From: Candidatus Subterrananammoxibius californiae | GTDB taxonomy: Bacteria > Planctomycetota > Brocadiia > Brocadiales > Subterrananammoxibiaceae | Length of the DNA: 17,306 bases | NCBI GenBank assembly: GCA_030586555.1 | Contig: JAURAC010000046.1 | Location: 1-17,306 of the forward strand | Reading direction: 5' to 3' | Part shown: positions 6,456 through 13,575 of the stretch, one piece after another | Layout of the letters: every line of letters starts with the position of its first letter | Position numbering within the stretch: position 1 is the stretch's first letter | Made by a program: the position numbers and the translations under genes | The notes under the pieces: generated by a model | Database searches by the model: none | What the model was told of the DNA's origin: nothing | The model's input: only the letters and a program-made list of their open reading frames with translations

Positions 6456-9400
6456 ATGGCTGCATTTTCACAAACTTGTAGTGAGCGAAGCGAATCTAAT
6501 CCGCCTGAGGCGGAACAAAAGTTTATTGGACTTGATATTGGCTCTGTAAGTGTTAAGGCTGTAGTTGTTAATACTAAAAAAGAAGTTTTAGAAGAACATT
6601 ATGTAAGGTCTCTTGGGCAGCCGGTTGAGGTTACCCTTAATGTCTTAAAAGATATTGCCAGCCGAGTACCCCTAAATGACATTGACGGCATAGCTGTAAC
6701 AGGCTCTGGCGGTAAGCTTCTTTCTGAAATATTAGGCGCATGCTTTGTTAATGAGGTTGTTGCTCAGAGCAAGGCAACGATAACCCTTTACCCACATGTG
6801 CGCACAATAGTAGAGATTGGCGGGGAAGATTCAAAGCTCATGCTTCTCGAATATGACGAAACGACGAAGCAGATGAGGGTTGCCGATTTCGCCATGAACA
6901 CCATGTGCGCCGCAGGCACAGGCTCGTTCCTCGACCAGCAGGCATCACGACTCGGAATTGCCATCGAAAACGAGTTCGGAGAACTTGCCCTGAAATCCAA
7001 GAACCCGCCACGTATTGCCGGCCGATGCAGCGTGTTTGCAAAAACCGATATGATTCACCTTCAGCAGGAAGGGACGCCTGACTTTGATATTGTTGCTGGA
7101 CTTTGCTATGCAATGGCACGTAATTACAAAAGCAATATCGGCAAAGGAAAGGTATTTACAAAGCCAATATGCTTTCAGGGCGGCGTAGCGGCAAACAAGG
7201 GCATGATTAAGGCATTTGAGGATGTACTTGAATTACAGCCCGGCGAACTAATCACTCCTAAAAATTTCACCACAATGGGCGCCATTGGCGCAGCGTTCAC
7301 CCTCATGGAAAAAGGCGGTGAATTCCCCTTCAGGGGGCTCAAGGAAATAGAAGCATACCTTAAAGACCGTAAAACAGAATACAGCGGCCTGGAACGATTA
7401 AAGGCAGATAACTACGTCATAGTTGATAAATGCGTTCCCCTAAACGGTGAAAAGGTTGAGGCTTATGTTGGCGTTGATGTAGGCTCTATTAGTACCAATG
7501 TAGTAGTTATAGACAAAAACAAAAATGTACTTGCAAGAAGATATTTGATGACCGCTGGGAGACCGCTTGAAGCCGTAAAACGCGGACTTTTTGAAGTAGG
7601 ACTCGAAGTTGGCGATAAGGTAACCGTCTGCGGCGCTGGCACAACAGGTTCAGGCAGATACCTCACAGGAAGCTTTATCGGCACAGATATAGTAAAAAAC
7701 GAAATTACTGCCCATGCAACGGCTGCAGCGGCTTATGATAAAAACGTTGATACAATTTTTGAAATTGGCGGTCAGGACTCCAAGTACATAAGGCTCGAAA
7801 ACGGCGCCGTTATTGATTTTACCATGAACAAGGTCTGTGCAGCAGGCACTGGTTCATTCCTGGAAGAACAGGCTGAGAAACTAAATATAAGCATAAAAGA
7901 GGACTTTGGCAATCGGGCATTGAGCTCATGCTGCCCATCGCATCTCGGTGAACGATGCACCGTATTTATGGAATCGGACCTCAATCACAACAAGCAGAAG
8001 GGCGTAACAAAGGATGACCTTATCGCAGGGTTAAGCTATTCAATAGTCTTGAACTATATTAATCGTGTGGTTGAGGACAGAAGCATTGGCAATACAATAT
8101 TCTTCCAAGGTGGAGTTGCTGGTAATCGTGGCGTTAAGGCTGCATTTGAAAAGACGACTGGAAAGAAGATAATCGTCCCGCCTCACCACGACATAATGGG
8201 GGCTATTGGGTGTGCTATAATTGCAATGGAGGAGCGCAGTTCGATCCTGAGCTCACTGCCGAAGAGCAACCCGTCTTCATCCAACGGCCATGCAGGCTGG
8301 GAGAAGTCAAAATTCAAGGGCTTCGACCTCAGGGAAAGAAAATACGAACTCTCCTCGTTTGTCTGCAAGGATTGTTCAAATATATGCGAGATACGAAAGG
8401 TAACGTTTACTTCTGAAGCGCCACTGCATTACGGCAGTCGCTGTGGCAAGTACGACGATGAGAAGGATTTTAAGAAAGGAAAGGGATTGCCGAGACTTTT
8501 CAGGGAACGTAAGGATGCTTTGCTTAACTCCTACGAGAAGAACAAGCCAGATAAGCCTAATGGTAAAAAGATAGGCATACCGCAGATTGGCACTTTTCAC
8601 GAAATCTTTCCTATGTGGAAGGCATTCTTTACAGAACTCGGCTTTGAGGTGGTAATCTCACACGACACAAACAGCGATATAGTACATGCTGGTTCTGAGC
8701 ACGTAGCGGCTGAGACCTGCTTTCCCATCAAGGTAGCTCATGGCCACGTTGTGGACATGCTTGATAAAGACGTTGATTATCTCTTTCTCCCGAGCGTGGT
8801 AAATATGACCCATGCCAGCCCCAGACTGAGCCATTCATATACATGCCCATACGTGCAGGGACTTCCATATTTGATTCGAAGCGGTGTGGAACTCGATAAC
8901 AGGAAGTTTGAGGTCTTACAGCCGGTCGTTCATCTCGAATGGGGAGAAGAATATCTGAAAAAGACCCTTCGCAAAATAGCTAAGGGTCTTCGAATAACAG
9001 GCGAGCGTGTGGATAATGCCATAAAAATGGCTATGGAGTCACAGACAAAATTCTATCAAATCCTGCAGAATCGTGGTAAAGATATTCTTGACGGCTTAAA
9101 AGATACTGACATAGCCATTGTTATTGTCAGCCGTCCATATAATGGCTGTGACACGGGACAAAACCTGAATCTTCCAGAAAAATTAAGGGATTTAGGCGTC
9201 CTTACAATACCGTTGGACTTTCTTCCCCTTGATTTGGATGATATTTCCCATAGCTATCCGAATATGTACTGGAAGTACGGTCAAAAGATTCTTGCGGCAG
9301 GCAGGATTGTATCGAGTGATAAACGACTCTATGCTCTCTATATAACAAACTTTGGCTGCGGTCCAGATTCCTTCGTCTCCAAATATTTTAATGCCGAGCT

Positions 9401-10856
9401 TAAGGGCAAGCCCTATCTTACCATTGAGATAGACGAGCACAGCGCTGATGTAGGTGCTGTAACACGTTGTGAGGCATTTCTCGACAGTCTTAAGAACGTA
9501 AGGAATAGAGAGGTTGAACCAACCCATGTAGGGGCAGGTTTGAAACCTCCTCCTACCGATGAACAGTCCAAGAAAAAAAGGAAGATATACATTCCTTACA
9601 TGGACGACCACGGCTTTATGGCAGCCGCTGCAATGAGGGCAAACGGCGTGAATGCGGAATCTCTCCCCATGTCTGACCAGTCAAGCCTCGATTTGGGCAG
9701 GAAATACACATCAGGGAAGGAATGTTACCCATGTATCTTAACAACCGGGGACATAGTAAAAAAGACGATGGAAAAGGAGTTCGACCGCGATGGTACGGCA
9801 TTCTTCATGGCAAGCGCTATGGGACCCTGCCGATTCGGGCAGTATAATACGTTTCATCGCATGATACTTAATGAGCTTGGATTACACGATGTTCCCGTAG
9901 TAACCCTGGACCAGGAAGACGGTTTTGATGAGGATACGAAGAAACTCGGCACAAGTTTCCGTAAACTAACATGGAATGGAATATTACTCGTTGACTATCT
10001 CCAGAAGTTGTTACGAGAGACCCGCCCGTACGAAGTAAATCCTGGTGAAACAGATGCTGTGTATAGGCTCTTCCTGAAAAGGGGTGAGGAAACGGTTGAG
10101 AAACAGGGAGATTTGGTAAAGGTGGCGGAAGATGCAAGAGAGGCTTTCAGCCATATTAAGGTTGATAGAACCAAACCGAGACCATTAATCGGCATTATTG
10201 GCGAGGTGTACGTGCGTAGTCATGAGTTCTCTAATAATTATATTATCCGTAGAATCGAAAAACTTGGAGGCGAGGTCGTTGCCTCGCCATTTGAGGAATG
10301 GATTAATTACATCGGCTACTGCCGCAAGGGAGACTGCTTGAGAGAGAAAAATTTTAAAGGACTCCTCGCGGAACTTATCTCCGATGTTGTTCAGAAATAT
10401 GATGCTCACAAGATGTCTAAACCCTTTAAAGGAGCTATAAGGAACTTCTACAGGGAACTTCCCAGCAGAGATGTCGTAAAAAGAGGAAAGCGATACCTGC
10501 ACAGCTCGATGAAAGGCGAGGCAATCCTCAGCATGGGTAGAGCCGTTGAATATGCCGAAAAGGAATTTGAAGGCATTGTGAATCTTGTGCCGTTTAACTG
10601 TATGCCTGGCACGGTCGTTAACGCCTTACTCGAAAGATTCCAGAAGGAGCATGATAACATCCCATGTTTGAAGGTGGCATTTGACGGACAGGGACAGACG
10701 AACGAGGAGACACGCCTTGAGGCATTCATGCACCAGGCGCATCAGAGAATGCAAAGCAGGCTTAATAGCGGCGGAAATGGGAAAAACCATAACGGCGCAA
10801 GGCTCAAGAGGATTAATGAGATGTTTACCAGGGTCAAGGAATTGCTAACCGCATAA
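6456..10856 (+). CDS. Fused CoA-substrate-specific enzyme activase: two BcrAD/BadFG (HgdC-like) ATPase domains plus two DUF2229/dehydratase-like domains
   Basis: Two ASKHA repeats (GLDIGSVSVK/GVDVGSISTN, EIGGEDSK/EIGGQDSK, CAAGTGSFL, RC[ST]VF, FQGGVA); linker CKDCSNIC...RCGK; then ETCFPIK...CPY...CGPD and ECYPC...PCRFG...CMPG, ending TRLEAF. AAGGAG/AAGGA upstream. Confidence 0.85.
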   Translation: MAAFSQTCSERSESNPPEAEQKFIGLDIGSVSVKAVVVNTKKEVLEEHYVRSLGQPVEVTLNVLKDIASRVPLNDIDGIAVTGSGGKLLSEILGACFVNEVVAQSKATITLYPHVRTIVEIGGEDSKLMLLEYDETTKQMRVADFAMNTMCAAGTGSFLDQQASRLGIAIENEFGELALKSKNPPRIAGRCSVFAKTDMIHLQQEGTPDFDIVAGLCYAMARNYKSNIGKGKVFTKPICFQGGVAANKGMIKAFEDVLELQPGELITPKNFTTMGAIGAAFTLMEKGGEFPFRGLKEIEAYLKDRKTEYSGLERLKADNYVIVDKCVPLNGEKVEAYVGVDVGSISTNVVVIDKNKNVLARRYLMTAGRPLEAVKRGLFEVGLEVGDKVTVCGAGTTGSGRYLTGSFIGTDIVKNEITAHATAAAAYDKNVDTIFEIGGQDSKYIRLENGAVIDFTMNKVCAAGTGSFLEEQAEKLNISIKEDFGNRALSSCCPSHLGERCTVFMESDLNHNKQKGVTKDDLIAGLSYSIVLNYINRVVEDRSIGNTIFFQGGVAGNRGVKAAFEKTTGKKIIVPPHHDIMGAIGCAIIAMEERSSILSSLPKSNPSSSNGHAGWEKSKFKGFDLRERKYELSSFVCKDCSNICEIRKVTFTSEAPLHYGSRCGKYDDEKDFKKGKGLPRLFRERKDALLNSYEKNKPDKPNGKKIGIPQIGTFHEIFPMWKAFFTELGFEVVISHDTNSDIVHAGSEHVAAETCFPIKVAHGHVVDMLDKDVDYLFLPSVVNMTHASPRLSHSYTCPYVQGLPYLIRSGVELDNRKFEVLQPVVHLEWGEEYLKKTLRKIAKGLRITGERVDNAIKMAMESQTKFYQILQNRGKDILDGLKDTDIAIVIVSRPYNGCDTGQNLNLPEKLRDLGVLTIPLDFLPLDLDDISHSYPNMYWKYGQKILAAGRIVSSDKRLYALYITNFGCGPDSFVSKYFNAELKGKPYLTIEIDEHSADVGAVTRCEAFLDSLKNVRNREVEPTHVGAGLKPPPTDEQSKKKRKIYIPYMDDHGFMAAAAMRANGVNAESLPMSDQSSLDLGRKYTSGKECYPCILTTGDIVKKTMEKEFDRDGTAFFMASAMGPCRFGQYNTFHRMILNELGLHDVPVVTLDQEDGFDEDTKKLGTSFRKLTWNGILLVDYLQKLLRETRPYEVNPGETDAVYRLFLKRGEETVEKQGDLVKVAEDAREAFSHIKVDRTKPRPLIGIIGEVYVRSHEFSNNYIIRRIEKLGGEVVASPFEEWINYIGYCRKGDCLREKNFKGLLAELISDVVQKYDAHKMSKPFKGAIRNFYRELPSRDVVKRGKRYLHSSMKGEAILSMGRAVEYAEKEFEGIVNLVPFNCMPGTVVNALLERFQKEHDNIPCLKVAFDGQGQTNEETRLEAFMHQAHQRMQSRLNSGGNGKNHNGARLKRINEMFTRVKELLTA
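6474..6514. repeat. Two adjacent micro-elements in the activase N-terminus
   Basis: acttg-tag-tgagcgaagcgaat-cta (6474-6498) and the perfect inverted repeat tccgcc-tga-ggcgga (6500-6514); encodes TCSERSESNPPEAE ahead of the first conserved strand (FIGLDIGS). Confidence 0.7.
8239..8266 (-). repeat. CTTCG..TGAGCTCAG..CGAAC family element in an activase linker
   Basis: Minus strand ctcttcggcagtgagctcaggatcgaac resembles cttcgactgagctcagccgaac at 5871-5892; encodes SSILSSLPKS. Confidence 0.65.
9528..9556 (+). repeat. GTAG-family REP palindrome in frame in the activase
   Basis: gtaggggcaggtttgaaacctcctcctac; 26/29 identical to the minus strand of 15463-15491; encodes VGAGLKPPPT. Confidence 0.88.
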
Positions 10857-10875
10857 TATTATCTCATAGCTGATT

Positions 10876-10987
10876 AAATTTCAAATCCCAATATCAAAAT
10901 CCCAATTAATTTCCAGTTACCAATTACCAAAGATTTGGATATTGGAGATTGGGATTTTATTGGAATTTGAGATTTGGGATTTGGAGT
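10876..10987. repeat. Inverted pair of degenerate heptamer arrays (AAATCCC-like / GATTTGG-like), intergenic
   Basis: aaatttc aaatccc aatatca aaatccc ... agttacc aattacc, then gatttgg atattgg agattgg gatttta ttggaat ttgagat ttgggat ttggagt. The arms are roughly complementary. Confidence 0.85.
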
Positions 10988-10993
10988 TTTACC

Positions 10994-11021
10994 ATGAACT
11001 ATGAGCTATGAACTATGAACT
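10994..11021 (+). repeat. 4 x ATGARCT heptamer array including the leuD start codon
   Basis: atgaact atgagct atgaact atgaact; ATGs at 10994, 11001, 11008 and 11015. Confidence 0.9.
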
Positions 11022-11512
11022 ATAATGGAAAGTGCTGGAAGTTCGGGGATAATGTTGACACAGACCAGATAATCCCTGCAAGATACCTTAATACCACCGA
11101 TACAAAGGAACTCGCCGCTCACTGCATGGAAGATGCAGACCCACAGTTTATTAAGAAGGCAAAACCCGGGGATATTATTGTGGCAGGCAGTAATTTTGGC
11201 TGTGGCTCCTCGAGGGAGCATGCCCCAATTGCAATAAAGGCTGCTGGCATATCATGCGTCATAGCAAAGACGTTTGCCCGCATATTCTTCCGCAACGCCA
11301 TTAACATTGGCTTGCCCATCTTTGAAAGTCCGGAAGCCGTTGAAGGGATTTCTGAAGGCGATAAGGTCAAAATAGACCTCAATAAAAGCAAGATTATTAA
11401 TCTAACAACAGGCAAGCAATTCCCCTTTGAACCATTCGCAAAAGAAATGCTTGAGATAATTGAGGCAGGGGGGTTAATGAACTTCGTTACGCAAAAGATG
11501 AGAACTGGTTAA
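11015..11512 (+). CDS. leuD: 3-isopropylmalate dehydratase small subunit
   Basis: FGDNVDTDQIIPARYL, NFGCGSSREHAP, FARIFFRNAINIGLP, IIEAGGL. Confidence 0.9.
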   Translation: MNYNGKCWKFGDNVDTDQIIPARYLNTTDTKELAAHCMEDADPQFIKKAKPGDIIVAGSNFGCGSSREHAPIAIKAAGISCVIAKTFARIFFRNAINIGLPIFESPEAVEGISEGDKVKIDLNKSKIINLTTGKQFPFEPFAKEMLEIIEAGGLMNFVTQKMRTG

Positions 11513-11526
11513 GAAAAATTCTATCC

Positions 11527-12459
11527 TTATTCAGCCAGAGCCATAAGATGTTGTTCGATGCATTTTGGCAAATCTGTCAGGTGGTAGCCGCCTTCGAGGC
11601 AGGAGACTACGCGTCCGTTGCAGCATGCCTTTGCAACTCCTATTACAATTTTTGTCAGCTCATAGAAGTCTTCTAATTCAAGACCCAATCCACCGATGGG
11701 GTCATGCTTATAGGTATCGAACCCTGCCGAAATGAGGATGAATTGCGGATTAAACTGCTTTGCCCTTGTCCCCATTACATCTTTAAATGTTTTAATATAT
11801 GCCTCTCTATCCGTGTCATCGCTCAATGGGATATTTATTGTAAAACCCTTGCCTTTACCTTCACCTGTTTCGTCCTGTTTTCCTGTACCAGGATAAAATG
11901 GATACCTGTGCATGGAAAAGTAGAGTACGGATGGGTCCTCATAAAAGGCATCCTGTGTTCCGTTTCCATGATGAACGTCCCAATCCACAATTAGAACACG
12001 CTCGATGTTATATTTCTTCTGGATGTATCGGGCGGCAATAGCAACGTTGTTAAAGAGGCAGAATCCCATACCCCTTGTAGGCGTAGCATGATGACCCGGT
12101 GGTCTTACAAGGCAAAAGGCATTTGTTATCTCACCATGCATTATCCCATCAATTGCAGTAAGCGGAGCGCCTGCCGCATAAAGGGCAGCCTCATAAGATT
12201 TCTCTGATATACATGTATCAGCATCTAACCAACCACTTCCTCTTTGTGCAATCTGCTCGATTCCCCTGACATAGTTAGCGTCATGTATCGAGCATATCTC
12301 ATCAAAGGAAGCCTTCCTGGGTTTTTCAATCCTGAACCTTTGCCACATTTCTGATAACTTAAGGTGTGCAATTGTATTCTTTAGTCTCAAGGCGTTTTCA
12401 GGATGACCGTAGCCTGTGTCGTGTTCGAGAAATATGTCATCATAAATAAGCGTGGTCAT
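11527..12459 (-). CDS. Histone deacetylase family (Zn-dependent amidohydrolase) protein
   Basis: HPE, RPPGHHA, GFCLFNN, DWDVHHGNGTQ, FYPGTG, SAGFD, LEGGY. Confidence 0.93.
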   Translation of the reverse strand: MTTLIYDDIFLEHDTGYGHPENALRLKNTIAHLKLSEMWQRFRIEKPRKASFDEICSIHDANYVRGIEQIAQRGSGWLDADTCISEKSYEAALYAAGAPLTAIDGIMHGEITNAFCLVRPPGHHATPTRGMGFCLFNNVAIAARYIQKKYNIERVLIVDWDVHHGNGTQDAFYEDPSVLYFSMHRYPFYPGTGKQDETGEGKGKGFTINIPLSDDTDREAYIKTFKDVMGTRAKQFNPQFILISAGFDTYKHDPIGGLGLELEDFYELTKIVIGVAKACCNGRVVSCLEGGYHLTDLPKCIEQHLMALAE

Positions 12460-12501
12460 TTTTTATTTGTTTATGTAATACCCACGTATTAAAATACAAC
12501 T

Positions 12502-13071
12502 ATGCCTGAGTTATCCGATTACGAACTGTTACAGTTAATTTACAAAAATATTAATCTTGATGCGCTCAAGAGTCAAAATAATTCTGTCACAAGAGAGCGT
12601 TTAGACAATTTGTTTTCAAAATTATTAAATGTAGGGGCGAGCGGCTGTTCGCCCTTACCCTCATATGAAAAACTGATAATTCATGCAGATGGCGCTTCGA
12701 GGGGTAATCCCGGCAAGGCAGGAATTGGCATTGTCATCCTTAATAAGGATGGGCAAGAGGTAGAGGAGATAAGCGAATATATCGGGGAAACGACAAATAA
12801 TGTGGCGGAATATAAGGCTATAATTACTGCCGCACGAAAGGCATTAGAATTTGGTGCAAAAGATGTGGTCTTTAAGCTTGATAGCGAACTTGTTGTTAAA
12901 CAAATACATCACAAATATAGCGTTAAGGCTTCGCATATTATTCCGCTTTATAGAGAGTTGCAGGGCATGCTGAGAAAATTCCAGAAGTGGGAAGTGATAC
13001 ATGTGCCGAGGGAGGAAAATTTCCGTGCCGATTCGCTGGCAAATATGGGCATTGATTCAACTCTGGAGTAA
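12502..13071 (+). CDS. rnhA: Ribonuclease HI family protein with a ~55-aa N-terminal extension
   Basis: DGASRGNPG, TNNVAEY, DSELVV and REEN..AD.LAN carry the DEDD catalytic set. Confidence 0.88.
   Translation: MPELSDYELLQLIYKNINLDALKSQNNSVTRERLDNLFSKLLNVGASGCSPLPSYEKLIIHADGASRGNPGKAGIGIVILNKDGQEVEEISEYIGETTNNVAEYKAIITAARKALEFGAKDVVFKLDSELVVKQIHHKYSVKASHIIPLYRELQGMLRKFQKWEVIHVPREENFRADSLANMGIDSTLE
12631..12658 (+). repeat. GTAG-family REP palindrome in frame in the RNase HI linker
   Basis: gtaggggcgagc-ggct-gttcgcccttac; encodes VGASGCSPLP. Confidence 0.8.
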
Positions 13072-13113
13072 GCAAGCGTTCTATTTACTAAGAAGTTTTT
13101 TATACATTTAACC

Positions 13114-13142
13114 TTGACAAAACAACCTTTAGTTGTTAGAAT
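13114..13142 (+). promoter_or_regulatory. Sigma70-type promoter about 430 nt upstream of argG
   Basis: TTGACA (13114-13119), 17 nt, TAGAAT (13137-13142), with extended -10 TG at 13134-13135. Confidence 0.7.
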
Positions 13143-13170
13143 TTCGCAAGTTTTATACTTCTCTACATTT

Positions 13171-13328
13171 AAAGGGGGACAAACCACCTTTTAGTGGTTA
13201 TGACTCATGTATAGGGTTTTCGGATTTCAAAAGGCCGTTTCCCCTTAAAAGCAAGTCCGGGGAAACGTGCGTTTCACACTGTGGAAGAGTCACACCTCTC
13301 TTATTCCTGAACCTGTCAGGAACAGGTT
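13171..13328 (+). ncRNA. Candidate structured RNA of unknown family (sRNA or 5' leader)
   Basis: Stems aaccac/gtggtt, tgactc/gagtca, cgtttcccc/ggggaaacg and ttcctga/tcaggaa lie directly downstream of a good promoter; no credible ORF. Not matched to a family I recognise. Confidence 0.35.
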
Positions 13329-13406
13329 TAAAATCCATTTATTTGATTGTTCAGTTAGTTAAAAGATAACATTTGTGGCGATACAGGTAGATTGTTTATC
13401 ATTCAT

Positions 13407-13435
13407 TTGACATGTGCCGCCAAGCAAACGAGAAT
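13407..13435 (+). promoter_or_regulatory. Possible second sigma70 promoter upstream of argG
   Basis: TTGACA (13407-13412), 17 nt, GAGAAT (13430-13435). Confidence 0.4.
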
Positions 13436-13569
13436 CCTTCCCACCTTTTGGGGGTTCTCAGTTGTGCAACAGCCCCCGTTGCATAGCCCTTGGCGGCTTA
13501 ACCTTTTTGAAAAAAGGTAGACACCGAGGTTTATCCTCGTTGTCTACCGATTTGCCTTTTTTTAAGGTT
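13416..13569 (+). promoter_or_regulatory. Structured argG leader: three-way junction plus alternative hairpins, U-tract and anti-SD
   Basis: gccgccaag/cttggcggc encloses gagaatcc/gggttctc and tgcaac/gttgca; then ggtagaca-c-cgagg/cctcg-t-tgtctacc, followed by T7 at 13557-13563. Confidence 0.45.
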
Positions 13570-13575
13570 TCGTTT

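Noticed and set aside
6788..10729. Many 60-140 aa minus-strand or alternate-frame ORFs within the activase (likewise in leuC, leuD, HDAC, argG, plsC, aldolase)
   Set aside because: Shadow ORFs of well-supported genes with no recognisable motifs.
4551..11021. CRISPR array interpretation of the short repeats
   Set aside because: Units are 7-nt tandem or dispersed single palindromes, with no repeat-spacer periodicity and no cas genes.
13133..13369. 78-aa ORF in the rnhA-argG intergenic region
   Set aside because: Its TTG start lies within the promoter, there is no SD, and it has no recognisable features.
3562..13452. CCACCTTTT(GGG) recurring at 3562, 13184 and 13441 in intergenic DNA
   Set aside because: Several repeated 12-mers are expected by chance in 17 kb, and there is no consistent position relative to promoters.
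13250..13500. RNase P RNA, suggested by AAGTCCGGG, CGGCTTA and the position after rnhA
   Set aside because: GAGGAAAGTCC, the ACAGAA before CGGCTTA and the internal conserved regions are absent.
13414..13575. 54-aa N-terminal extension of ArgG from GTG 13414
   Set aside because: ArgG homology starts at MKQKRKKVVLAYSGG, an SD precedes 13576, and the region is better explained as structured leader.
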